This document shows, piece by piece, positions 10,442 to 20,107 of a stretch of DNA of 64,000 nt. How positions within the stretch are numbered: the stretch's first letter is position 1; the number at the start of each line of letters is the position of its first letter. Both the position numbers and the translations under genes were made by a program. This stretch comes from a virus. The notes under the pieces are model-generated. The model saw only the letters and a list, made by a program, of their open reading frames with translations, was not told the DNA's origin and ran no database searches. The stretch is taken from IMG/VR virus record IMGVR_UViG_3300035698_022762, positions 1-64,000 of that record; one strand, written 5' to 3'.

Positions 10442-12013
10442 ATGGCCGAAGGCCCAATAGAAATTACACCTTACGATCAATCTGGACTTATAAAACCTCC
10501 AGATATAGTCAATTTAAACTATACCAATCAAAATTTTTGGTCTATGAAAACTAGGCTGGTTGATTTTATCAATGAAAGATTTGGTGAAGAAGGAACTGAA
10601 CTTCCAAATACTTTTAATGATTTAGTAGAATCTTCCATAGCAATAATGCTTATAGAAAACGTTGCCTTTGTTGCAGACACTTTGTCTTTCAAAATAGATC
10701 AAGTTACCAACGAGTTGTATATTGATACAGTTACAGAAGTAGAAAATGCTTTTAGGCTATCTAAATTAGTAGGTTTCACCCCGCAACCCCCAATAGCCGC
10801 TAGGTCTTTTTGGTCTGCTTCTATTAACAACCCGTTGAATACTGATTTAGTCATACCGGGTGGATTTTCTGTAACCTTGGTTTCAGAAGGTATTACAACT
10901 GCAATAGAGTTGTTTCCTGCTGATTCTAATGATGTTCCCCTTTTGGACGAAGATATTATTTTACCTAGTGGTGCAACTTCTAATCAAAACATCATTGGAT
11001 TGGAAGGTGTAACTAATACACAAAACGCAGTAGGAACGGGCAGTCCTTCTCAAAGCATTACTTTAACCAATTCTCCTGTAATTTACGACTCTGTTAGAGT
11101 TAGAGTAAACGGAGTCAATTGGGAAAAAGTAGATTACTTTACAGATTCAAATCCAAGAAGGGAATTTAGAGTAGAATTCGATTCTGATTACCAAGCTTTC
11201 GTCATGTTTGGCAACAATCAAACTGGTATTATCCCATCCGCAGGATCGGCAATAGAAATCACCTATAGAGTAGGTGGTGGAACTGCTGGAAATATAGTAA
11301 CAGGTTTTTTGGAAACACAAACACAAATTTTTGTTCCCGGATTGCAATTCACTGTACCTGTTAGTTTGAGAAATTATACAAAAGGAGAGTTTGGATACAA
11401 CGGCGACAACATTGAAGACATAAGAAGAAAACTTCCAAGATGGACGAGAACTCAAAATAGAGTAGTTTCAGGTGATGATTACAAAATATTCACAGATGGA
11501 TTTGCTTCTCCATATCATGGTTCCATTGGTAAATCCAGTGCAATACTAAGAAATCATGGATGTTCAGGAAATATTATTGATTTATACATATTGGCTAAAG
11601 AAGGGTCAAATGGACTCGTTGAAGCATCAAATGCATTAAAAGTAGATTTAAACGATGCTTTAAATGAAAAGAAAATGTTGACGGATTTTGTTTGTATAAA
11701 AAATGGAGAAGTATTGGTAGTTGATGTGTCAATAGATATAACATTAGATAGGATATTTAAAAAATTTGAAACTGAATTGAGAACCACTATTTTAAATAAA
11801 GTAAATTCTTTTTTCAATTTAAACAAATGGGATTATGATGAAAATCTTAAAGAATCGGATTTGATAAAGGAACTATCTGATATTAAAGAAGTTAAAAGTT
11901 ATGATGTTAATTTTGTAACAAGTGATGCAGATAATTCAGGTTCGCTTGTTACAACAAATTTTTATCAAATAATAAGATCGGACGATATTAACATATCATT
12001 TATTTATGTCTAA
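10442..12013 (+). CDS. Baseplate wedge protein gp6 / baseplate J-like
   Basis: LIENVAFVADTLSFKID, FGNNQTGIIP, YRVGGGTAGN and QNRVVSGDDY motifs. Confidence 0.9.
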   Translation: MAEGPIEITPYDQSGLIKPPDIVNLNYTNQNFWSMKTRLVDFINERFGEEGTELPNTFNDLVESSIAIMLIENVAFVADTLSFKIDQVTNELYIDTVTEVENAFRLSKLVGFTPQPPIAARSFWSASINNPLNTDLVIPGGFSVTLVSEGITTAIELFPADSNDVPLLDEDIILPSGATSNQNIIGLEGVTNTQNAVGTGSPSQSITLTNSPVIYDSVRVRVNGVNWEKVDYFTDSNPRREFRVEFDSDYQAFVMFGNNQTGIIPSAGSAIEITYRVGGGTAGNIVTGFLETQTQIFVPGLQFTVPVSLRNYTKGEFGYNGDNIEDIRRKLPRWTRTQNRVVSGDDYKIFTDGFASPYHGSIGKSSAILRNHGCSGNIIDLYILAKEGSNGLVEASNALKVDLNDALNEKKMLTDFVCIKNGEVLVVDVSIDITLDRIFKKFETELRTTILNKVNSFFNLNKWDYDENLKESDLIKELSDIKEVKSYDVNFVTSDADNSGSLVTTNFYQIIRSDDINISFIYV

Positions 12014-15000
12014 AAGATTAAACGAAAAACCTACAATAGCAGACGATGTGATTATAGACATAATCACACCTACTTCTGCTATAATTAGCACCGAAGAAGA
12101 ATTCGAATGTTTTAATGCTGATCCTTATGAAGTGGAAAGCGTAGTTGTATATTTTGTGCAAAGAGACTTTTCCAGTAATAACACAAATGAATTTGAAAAA
12201 GAAATAATAAAACCTACATTAATTTCCGAATTAGAATTGGCTAAAGAAGTTGCATGCGATAGTCCTACCGAAGCTAATTTGGCAACAGTAGCAAGAATAC
12301 AGAATGAAATAACAAATTCAATTTATCAAGACACCATGTTTTTCAAAGAAGCAAAAGCAGTGGCTGTTTATGGAACAGATGATGTGCCTGCATGGCTCTC
12401 GACTAACGAAAGCGAATCTTTAATCGAACATGTGACAGAAGATTCAGATGGCAATACTGTTTATGGAAGATTTGAAGCACTATGGAGTCCCCACAATCAA
12501 AGAGAAGGTGATTACTTTGTTGAATGGAAGTGGAAGCCTACGATAGCCAGCGACACTCTAACGAGCTATAAACAATTTTTGCTTTTAGGGAACACAGCAT
12601 TAACGACCAGTATTCCAACACATTATACTAACGAAGAAAAATATTCTATTCTTTTAGAAAGATATTTGCCAGATACTTTTAAAAGAAAAATAACAGAAAA
12701 TGATTTATCTCCTGAAGTATTACAAGGGTTGAATAATTCTATAGCACAAAGCTTTACTTTTTTAGAAGATTTAGTTAATCAAATTATAGATTTACTAGAC
12801 GCTAACGTTGTTAATGAAAGTTTTCTAAGACTTTTGAGCAATATGTTCAACGTCAAATTAAAATCGAATGATCCCACATTGTGGAGACGACAAATCAAGC
12901 AAGCAGTTCCTTTATTCAAAAAGAAGGGAACTTTAAACGGACTTACAGAAGCATTGTCGCAATCTGGAATCACGCTATTAAAATTTACCAATCTGTGGCA
13001 AATTTCTTCTTCGTACACTCATCAAGAATTATTCGATATAACCGATTCTACATCATTAACTTTTGATTTGGAAAAAACCGTTGTTTTACCTATAGACGAA
13101 GACAACATAGAACTTTATTATAGAGAAGAAAATGATGATGATTGGATTGAAATAAGTACGCCAACGGACTATTTAACTTTTACGTCTTCTACAGTAACAT
13201 GGGTAGGTGGAGAATTATCAGTTTCCCCTATTGTGATGGAAGAAGGATACTCATTTAGAGTTGTATATCAAAAAGCTACAGTGCCTTCAACAGCAGCCCA
13301 AACTTTAGAAAACTATGTTAGAAGCTTGCCGTTAATGGACCTAAGAGATGAAAGAAGTCAAGAATATCCAATTAAAAATTGGAACATTAGAGTGATTGCA
13401 GAAGACGATACCTTTTTTGATTTGATCATTCCTGATAGACACCCTTTTTCAAAAGATATTGTTTATGGAAAAATTAGAACTGAATTCCCTTATAGTGAAA
13501 ACATATACAACATGGAAGAATACAATGGAAGTACCAGAGATTCCACCTTGCCTTGCGATATAGATAAAAACTTTGTTGATTCATGTTCGGCTTGCTTGTC
13601 AGGAATGTTTAATGTGGATTTGGAAATAGAAGGTTTGTCAAATGATAGAATTGTAGAGGCTCAAGAAGTCATCAATGAATTCACTCCTTTTCACGCTGTT
13701 CTGCATACTATGAATTTTACTGGTGGTGTTTCTGAATATATTGTGCCACCATCAGAAGAAATTACAGTTATAGCACAATACAATTTTGAAGAAGAAGTGG
13801 TGGTAGACCCACCACAAACCATATTCAGTCGAACAATGACATCGACTTCTCAATATAATAGAAGTGAGTTGGCGGAAAAAACTACAAGCGTGCAAAACGG
13901 AAACAGTGGTGAAGGATCGAACAGCAAAATAGCTTTTTATGCTCCAAATTTAATGCTGGACAAAATAGGACTTCCTTCTAGTTCCTCTTTGACACATTTA
14001 GAAATAACTTCACATAGCGGGACGCCAAGTTATTCTGGAGATACCTTCCAAATAAATAATTTCAACAGAAACATTGCTGACGTTGCAGGAACCTTGCCTT
14101 CCGAATCTCCTTCTTTAAATCAAGCCCAATTTTTATTCAGATTGTCTAGAGAGATAATGGACATTAGCAGTGGTACTACATTTGCTCAAAAAGACATTTA
14201 TGAATTTAGCGATTCTAATGTCCAATTTGGTAATGTGAGTATTAAAACACAATGGGATATAGACAATACTAGTTATTCAGGAAATGTATGGACGGTAGAC
14301 ATAACATCTCCTATTGGCATAGCAGGAAATTATGACATATTACAAGTTTTGCCAAACGGAAGTCTTCTTTTAGATAGTGTTTCTGCAACAAGTGATACGT
14401 CAGATATTACATATACAATAAAAAACGCCAGCGGCGACGACCATTTCGATCCTGTTGCCACTGGAAGTTTAGACGTGACTCGCAGAGGCAAAGTAACTTT
14501 GACAGCAAATGTGACACTACATGGTGATCTTTTAAGCGGTGGTGATTTTAGTTCAATTGATGTCAAAAACATTATCAAAGACGATGATTATTTGGAATAT
14601 GGTGGCACGCAATATAAGGTAAATGGCTTTGTGGAATCTGATACAAAATCTTTTTATATAAATGACTATACCTCTGGTGCTGCCACTGGACAATCAAGCA
14701 CTCTTTACAGAAGGCTTGCCAATAACGAATCTGGATTTTTTAATTATAAAGGTTTGTCTATAGATGTAAGTTCTGACGTGGCTGATTTGGAAACCACTTT
14801 AAATATACAAAATGGTACAAACCCGCCAGCTACGCCAATTGAAAACAATCTATTCAAGGAAAACTTTCTTTTTGTAATTAGTGGAAACAATTATAAAATA
14901 GTATCAATAGATGGTAGTATAATTGTTTTAGAAGGGCCACATATAGATTGGGGAGTTTCTAGTGGCACATCGTCAATAACTTGGAGTATAGACAAATATG

Positions 15001-15224
15001 TTAAACAAGCGTTAAGCATTCCTGAAAGAACAAACCCAAATGTTCCCGGTAATGATTTTACATTCATGGATAGACGTGGACCAGAAGTGTTTCAAATAAG
15101 TACTGAAAACAGTAGCGGGATGTCAATGTTATCAATTTCAGCTTTAAATAACAAAAATGAACAAGAAGATACTCTTAAAATAGAAGAATCAATTCAAATA
15201 AAAGTAGAATGGGCAGAAGAATAA
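12006..15224 (+). CDS. Baseplate wedge/tail protein (gp7/P2 gpI-like) with long beta-rich C-terminus
   Basis: FLRLLSNMFNVKL...WRRQIKQAVPLFKKKGTLNGL is a P2 gpI-type motif; follows the gp6-like gene. Confidence 0.7.
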   Translation: MSKRLNEKPTIADDVIIDIITPTSAIISTEEEFECFNADPYEVESVVVYFVQRDFSSNNTNEFEKEIIKPTLISELELAKEVACDSPTEANLATVARIQNEITNSIYQDTMFFKEAKAVAVYGTDDVPAWLSTNESESLIEHVTEDSDGNTVYGRFEALWSPHNQREGDYFVEWKWKPTIASDTLTSYKQFLLLGNTALTTSIPTHYTNEEKYSILLERYLPDTFKRKITENDLSPEVLQGLNNSIAQSFTFLEDLVNQIIDLLDANVVNESFLRLLSNMFNVKLKSNDPTLWRRQIKQAVPLFKKKGTLNGLTEALSQSGITLLKFTNLWQISSSYTHQELFDITDSTSLTFDLEKTVVLPIDEDNIELYYREENDDDWIEISTPTDYLTFTSSTVTWVGGELSVSPIVMEEGYSFRVVYQKATVPSTAAQTLENYVRSLPLMDLRDERSQEYPIKNWNIRVIAEDDTFFDLIIPDRHPFSKDIVYGKIRTEFPYSENIYNMEEYNGSTRDSTLPCDIDKNFVDSCSACLSGMFNVDLEIEGLSNDRIVEAQEVINEFTPFHAVLHTMNFTGGVSEYIVPPSEEITVIAQYNFEEEVVVDPPQTIFSRTMTSTSQYNRSELAEKTTSVQNGNSGEGSNSKIAFYAPNLMLDKIGLPSSSSLTHLEITSHSGTPSYSGDTFQINNFNRNIADVAGTLPSESPSLNQAQFLFRLSREIMDISSGTTFAQKDIYEFSDSNVQFGNVSIKTQWDIDNTSYSGNVWTVDITSPIGIAGNYDILQVLPNGSLLLDSVSATSDTSDITYTIKNASGDDHFDPVATGSLDVTRRGKVTLTANVTLHGDLLSGGDFSSIDVKNIIKDDDYLEYGGTQYKVNGFVESDTKSFYINDYTSGAATGQSSTLYRRLANNESGFFNYKGLSIDVSSDVADLETTLNIQNGTNPPATPIENNLFKENFLFVISGNNYKIVSIDGSIIVLEGPHIDWGVSSGTSSITWSIDKYVKQALSIPERTNPNVPGNDFTFMDRRGPEVFQISTENSSGMSMLSISALNNKNEQEDTLKIEESIQIKVEWAEE

Positions 15225-15225
15225 T

Positions 15226-15705
15226 ATGGAAAAAAAAGAATCAATTAAATTAATCGGCGATGTTGAAATAAAAATAGACTATAACGATGGTCGCAAACAA
15301 GAAAAAATATGTTTCAAAAACACTGTTTTAAATACAGGTAGAAACGCTTTTGCTTCTATTTTAGCTAATGAAATAGGAAACGATTTTGATTTCTACATCA
15401 GCAGGATGTTATTCGGTAGTAATGGAACAGACAGTGGATCGCCCAAATACGTGAATTCCAATAGAACAGGATTGTTTTCTGGCTCACCTGCTGCGAATAA
15501 ACCTGTTAGTGCGACCATTGATGGAACAAGCTTAAATCAAGTTGTGTTCAATACGGTTTTAACGTTTACAGAAGCAAATACAACGTTAAACGAAATAGCT
15601 TTGCAAATGAGTAATGGAGATTTGTATAGCATGACCACTTTTGCAGATGTCAATAAAACAAGTGCAATGCAATTGACGTTTTCATGGAGATTGACTTTTG
15701 TTTAA
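15226..15705 (+). CDS. Tail-collar/fibre attachment protein (DUF3751-like)
   Basis: KNTVLNTGR..A..L, EANTTLNEIAL, DVNKTSAMQLTFSWRLTF; end of the baseplate operon. Confidence 0.6.
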   Translation: MEKKESIKLIGDVEIKIDYNDGRKQEKICFKNTVLNTGRNAFASILANEIGNDFDFYISRMLFGSNGTDSGSPKYVNSNRTGLFSGSPAANKPVSATIDGTSLNQVVFNTVLTFTEANTTLNEIALQMSNGDLYSMTTFADVNKTSAMQLTFSWRLTFV

Positions 15706-15740
15706 TATATGAAAATGTATAAAAACAGATTTGTTTTATA

Positions 15741-15986
15741 ATGAAATTCGAAATTAAAAAAAAAGACAATAAGAACGTAATTTTTATAGAAGACATTCTA
15801 TTTGATTGGGAATTTGAATTAAAAGACTTGGAAGAAGCTGTAATGTTTGCAGGAAATGATGAATGTATTAAAAAAGCCATACATGGGGATATTAAAAGTT
15901 ATTTGTTAGAAAGCTTGTCAGAGTTTTTGCAAAAAGAAGTCACTATATCTGACATAATCAACGCAATTAAAACAGGAAAAATATGA
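15741..15986 (+). CDS. Hypothetical protein
   Basis: 81-aa ORF, ATGA-coupled to the next gene. Confidence 0.6.
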   Translation: MKFEIKKKDNKNVIFIEDILFDWEFELKDLEEAVMFAGNDECIKKAIHGDIKSYLLESLSEFLQKEVTISDIINAIKTGKI

Positions 15987-16510
15987 TTACGGTAGAGGAA
16001 AACGATGATAGATTTTATATAAAAAAATCTAAAATAAAAAATGCAGGAAAAGGGGTTTTTGCAAAAAGAGATATTAAAAAGAATGAATTTTTAAACATAA
16101 TTGGCGTTGCTGTAAAGCTAAACTCCCCTAGTATGGAATGCACACATTATGCTGATAGATACAAATTTGCTTATCGAGATAAAGATTTTGATCGTGTAAT
16201 AGTTCCAATGGGATATGGGGGAATTGTAAACCATACAACAAACAAACAGGAACAAAACGTAGAAATAAGATGTGACAGATCAAATAATTCAAGCAATCCA
16301 TCTGCTGGCTTTATGAGTTATTATTTCATTAAAAATGTTAAAAAAGATGAAGAAGTATTAGGCAATTACAACAATTCTTTTCAAAAAACTTTAGATTGGG
16401 CAAAACCTAAATCTGAAAGTATAAATAAAGATATAAATGAATGGTTAGAGTTTTTGAACTACGATCTTTATGATTTAAAGACTTTAAAAGAATTAATAAA
16501 ATTGGACTAA
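15983..16510 (+). CDS. SET-domain protein (putative lysine methyltransferase)
   Basis: KKSKIKNAGKGVFAKRDIKKNE (SET motif I), GGIVNHTT (NH motif), KNVKKDEEVLGNY (IxxGEELxxDY-like). Confidence 0.85.
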   Translation: MITVEENDDRFYIKKSKIKNAGKGVFAKRDIKKNEFLNIIGVAVKLNSPSMECTHYADRYKFAYRDKDFDRVIVPMGYGGIVNHTTNKQEQNVEIRCDRSNNSSNPSAGFMSYYFIKNVKKDEEVLGNYNNSFQKTLDWAKPKSESINKDINEWLEFLNYDLYDLKTLKELIKLD

Positions 16511-16513
16511 TTT

Positions 16514-17311
16514 ATGCCAGCTAATCTAGACACAATAACACCTATTAATTACAATCCTCTTGATCCTTATCATCACAGTTATGATAATGCACCTTTAAAT
16601 AAAATAGTTGAAAGACAGTCTCTCATCAACATAGCTGTCAATCAAAACACCAACGACATTAGAACTTCTGCTGGTACTTCTGGAAGTTTGAACAACAGAT
16701 TGTCCCAATCCATTGCTGACAATGGTTCGCTAAAAGTAGCAGCCGTAAACAGTATTCTTCACAACATAGCTCACCATGCCGATGGTGTTATAAATATATC
16801 GGGTACCGATATTTCTTTTGTAAGAATGAAGAAAGACGAAAGAGACAAATTAGAATTAATAGCCAGTGAAGCAACTGGAATGGCTTTAACTGTAGTTGGC
16901 ATATCTGAAACTGTAGAGTTTGAAGATGAAACTATAACACTTCAAGGAACTAATACTGTAAGTTGGGAAATAGAATCGCCATCAACATTAAAAGCACATT
17001 TAGCATTTCCTGCTTCTGCTGCTCATTCCCACCATTATAATATTGATCCTGTTATGGTTTCTAGTTACACGGATTACAAAACTACATCTGTCGCAACAGC
17101 ATTTGTAAGTGGTTCTTTAAGAGTTTACATAAATGGAACCCGTATACACACAACGGATACCGTTTATGTCCCTGATAGTACGGGACCAGATGGAACATGG
17201 ACGTTAACGAAAATAGCATCTGAAACGCCTATATCTGGTTTATTTAGCTTGAATAGAGCTATTACCGTCAATGATATAATAAAAATTGATTTTGATGAAA
17301 GCTTAGTTTAA
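16514..17311 (+). CDS. Putative virion structural protein
   Basis: Ser/Thr-rich beta protein with LRVYINGTRI motif common in tail/baseplate domains. Confidence 0.5.
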   Translation: MPANLDTITPINYNPLDPYHHSYDNAPLNKIVERQSLINIAVNQNTNDIRTSAGTSGSLNNRLSQSIADNGSLKVAAVNSILHNIAHHADGVINISGTDISFVRMKKDERDKLELIASEATGMALTVVGISETVEFEDETITLQGTNTVSWEIESPSTLKAHLAFPASAAHSHHYNIDPVMVSSYTDYKTTSVATAFVSGSLRVYINGTRIHTTDTVYVPDSTGPDGTWTLTKIASETPISGLFSLNRAITVNDIIKIDFDESLV

Positions 17312-17317
17312 TTAAAA

Positions 17318-17866
17318 ATGGAAAATTTAAATTTTGGATTTGTTGTATTGTGTCCTGAACACAATATTAGTTGTTTGAAAAGCACTGTCCGTCACATGAA
17401 AAATCGCTCTAAGAACGCATCTATAATTGCAGTTACCGATGATAGCGTGAAAAAAGATCAACTAAAAGAAATGGAAACCATATGTCCTGTTTACGTAGGA
17501 GGTAAAACTATTACTTCTTTAATAAATAAAGGAATGGAAAAAGGTCATGATGAATGGAACATCTTTGTCGTGGCGGGTGCCTTTATTCCTTATGGTATAA
17601 AAAGAAAATATTCTTTGTTTTGCGAAAACGAAAAGGACATATTGTTCCCACTAGCGTTTGAAAAAAATAGAAATGGCAGAATACAAAATATGAATTCAGA
17701 TTTCATAAATGCGACATTGAATGGATTAATGATTCATAAAGATACGTTCAAAAAAATAGGGTCGTTTTCAAACAATCCATTATGCTATTCTAAAATGATA
17801 TGGGCTGATCAGGCCATTGAACAAAAATGTAAATTTAAAGCTATATTAGGCATTAGAATTTGCTAA
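17318..17866 (+). CDS. Glycosyltransferase family 2-like protein (divergent; DxD not evident)
   Basis: FGFVVLC..LKSTV..IIAVTD..SLINKGM..EWNIFV..NGLMIHKDTFKKIGSF follows the GT-A pattern. Confidence 0.5.
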   Translation: MENLNFGFVVLCPEHNISCLKSTVRHMKNRSKNASIIAVTDDSVKKDQLKEMETICPVYVGGKTITSLINKGMEKGHDEWNIFVVAGAFIPYGIKRKYSLFCENEKDILFPLAFEKNRNGRIQNMNSDFINATLNGLMIHKDTFKKIGSFSNNPLCYSKMIWADQAIEQKCKFKAILGIRIC

Positions 17867-18378
17867 ATTAAATCATAAACAAAAGACCATCTACAATGCT
17901 TTTGTTTACAGCCAGAATCCACTTCATTTAAATATTTAAACAATTCTTCCCAACCTGAAAACATGAATTCTAATGGGATGAATCCATAATACCAAACAGG
18001 GATATTTCTTTTATCATCAGAAACGAGAAGTGTAGGCTTTTTCGCATTAGAAGAAGTTATGATCTCATGGTGAGTACCAGTCGTGGGGATTCTGTGTGGT
18101 AAATAAGCTATTATAAAATCGCTTCTGTCTACCATGCATAAATCTTTGCGGACAAAAGAAGTGGCAATTTCTTTTATTTTACCATAATCTTTTTCTTCTT
18201 TTGCTTTTGTAATTTCTATAGTCTTTTTTTGTTTGGGATCATCAGAAGGATCAAACAAGCTAATTGAATATTCATTTCTCAATGTGTCAACTACGTTTTT
18301 CCGCCAATTAGGATCAACACCTTCTGCATACTCTATTGGTGCAGACAAATAACATCTTTTTTTTGCTAAATAACCCAT
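17863..18378 (-). CDS. Nucleoside 2-deoxyribosyltransferase / nucleotide N-glycosidase family protein
   Basis: YLSAPI N-terminal motif, DLCMVDRSDFIIAY, TGTHHE (catalytic Glu), KKPTL. Confidence 0.8.
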   Translation of the reverse strand: MGYLAKKRCYLSAPIEYAEGVDPNWRKNVVDTLRNEYSISLFDPSDDPKQKKTIEITKAKEEKDYGKIKEIATSFVRKDLCMVDRSDFIIAYLPHRIPTTGTHHEIITSSNAKKPTLLVSDDKRNIPVWYYGFIPLEFMFSGWEELFKYLNEVDSGCKQKHCRWSFVYDLI

Positions 18379-18432
18379 AAAATGCCTTTTTTATACTACT
18401 TTAGTAAGAATTGTACATAAAAGGAGCATTGC

Positions 18433-19113
18433 ATGTCAAATAAATTTTTAGAGAAGATAGAAGAAATTACAAAAAACGAGGTTGTAGACCGTCACAGTTA
18501 TTTTCAATTGAAATATTTCATAATTGGCAAAGAACCAACAATTCAATCAAAACTATGGAGATGTGTGCGAGAATTGCAATCTAGAAAAGAAAGCATAAAT
18601 TCTTTAAAAAACGAAATAGAAAATGGACATGATGAGAACGACCTATTAGAAATAGAAATAGATGAATTAAAAGAGAACATGGAAAATTGCAAAAGAATAA
18701 ATGATCTGAAAACTCCAAAAAAAATAGAAATAAAAATAAGAAAAGCCAATAGACGACTTAAAATGAATGAAGAAAATTTGGCCAATTTGGAAAAAAAGAT
18801 TAAATATGTAGAAGAAGAAGCTGAATTCATTGCACAATCTTTTGAATCTATTAAGGAAATAACAAAAGAAGAATTGTTGCCATTTGATGATTTTGAATCT
18901 CAAACATCATATTGGAATGAAAAACTAAAACAAGAATTGAATTTAAGAAGTCTACTTGGATTAACACTAGATACAGAGTTAGTAAAAACAGTTTTGTCAT
19001 TAAAAGACGGAACCCCTATTAAAGATCAAACTGTAGATTTGTTGGAAAACATGCAGAAAAATTTATTTAAAAATAATAGAAGTTTAATATTGAAAGAACA
19101 TAAAGATGAGTAG
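18433..19113 (+). CDS. Coiled-coil hypothetical protein
   Basis: 226 aa, E/K-rich heptads; AAGGAG RBS upstream. Confidence 0.7.
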   Translation: MSNKFLEKIEEITKNEVVDRHSYFQLKYFIIGKEPTIQSKLWRCVRELQSRKESINSLKNEIENGHDENDLLEIEIDELKENMENCKRINDLKTPKKIEIKIRKANRRLKMNEENLANLEKKIKYVEEEAEFIAQSFESIKEITKEELLPFDDFESQTSYWNEKLKQELNLRSLLGLTLDTELVKTVLSLKDGTPIKDQTVDLLENMQKNLFKNNRSLILKEHKDE

Positions 19114-20107
19114 GATATCAAGTCTTGATGTTGGATACGAAACTGGCGATTTGTCAGTATATCCAGAAGCATTAGACGATAAAGAAATATTATACGAAGC
19201 AAAAAACAATGCTAAAACAACATTAAAACAAGCATTGTCTTATAATGCGAAATTTATAATTGTAGATGATGCATCTTCTTTTCCAGAAAAAGGATTAATT
19301 AGAATAGGATCAAACAATGTAAATGGAAATTATGAATTAATATATTATGGTTCTCGAACAGGAACGGTTTTTAAAAATCTATTGCGTGGTTTTGCTGGTT
19401 CTAAACAAAATACTTGGTCTAAAAAAAATGATGAAGGAACAATATATGTTTCCAACTCTGTAATGGCAGAACATCACAATGCCATAAAAGATGCAATAAT
19501 TAATATAGAAAACAATTTAGGAATTAATGTTTTTCCAGATGCGACATCTTTAAATGGAATTTTAAAAGAATTAGAAGTTACTCATCTAGCTCCTAAAGCA
19601 TTGTTCAGAGCTTACCCCCTTAAATCTCCAAGTGGAACAACAATTAGTTTTCAAAAATTATCAAGCGGAAATGTAGTGAGATATCTTTGGGATTTTGGAG
19701 ATGGGACAACTTCTATTGAACGAAATCCAACACATACATATCAATCAGAAGGTATATATACAGTAAAACTAAATGTAATTACAGAAACTGGCTCACAAGG
19801 AGTGACTGTAAAATCAAATTATATAACTATCAATGACGCAGAAAAACTCCCTTTTTTTTATGCGTCTGTAGATGCGGATGATCCAAACACTTATCACTTT
19901 ATTGACCAAACGGATGGAGAAATAACACAACGATTTTGGGTTTTTGATGATGGAACAAATGAAAACATAATTGATCCAGATGTTCATTCTACTACTCACA
20001 CATATACGCAAAGTGGAACATACAATCCTTCCTTGATACTTTTATTCTCGAACCAGAGCTTGAAAAGAGTATTTTTATCTAACCCTACTTCTATAATAAT
20101 ATCATGA
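19106..20107 (+). CDS. PKD-domain virion protein (paralogue 1)
   Basis: YLWDFGDGTTSIERNPTHTYQSEGIYTVKLNV is a PKD motif, followed by a second PKD-like unit; shared AEHHN..KDAIINIE motif. Confidence 0.8.
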   Translation: MSRISSLDVGYETGDLSVYPEALDDKEILYEAKNNAKTTLKQALSYNAKFIIVDDASSFPEKGLIRIGSNNVNGNYELIYYGSRTGTVFKNLLRGFAGSKQNTWSKKNDEGTIYVSNSVMAEHHNAIKDAIINIENNLGINVFPDATSLNGILKELEVTHLAPKALFRAYPLKSPSGTTISFQKLSSGNVVRYLWDFGDGTTSIERNPTHTYQSEGIYTVKLNVITETGSQGVTVKSNYITINDAEKLPFFYASVDADDPNTYHFIDQTDGEITQRFWVFDDGTNENIIDPDVHSTTHTYTQSGTYNPSLILLFSNQSLKRVFLSNPTSIIIS

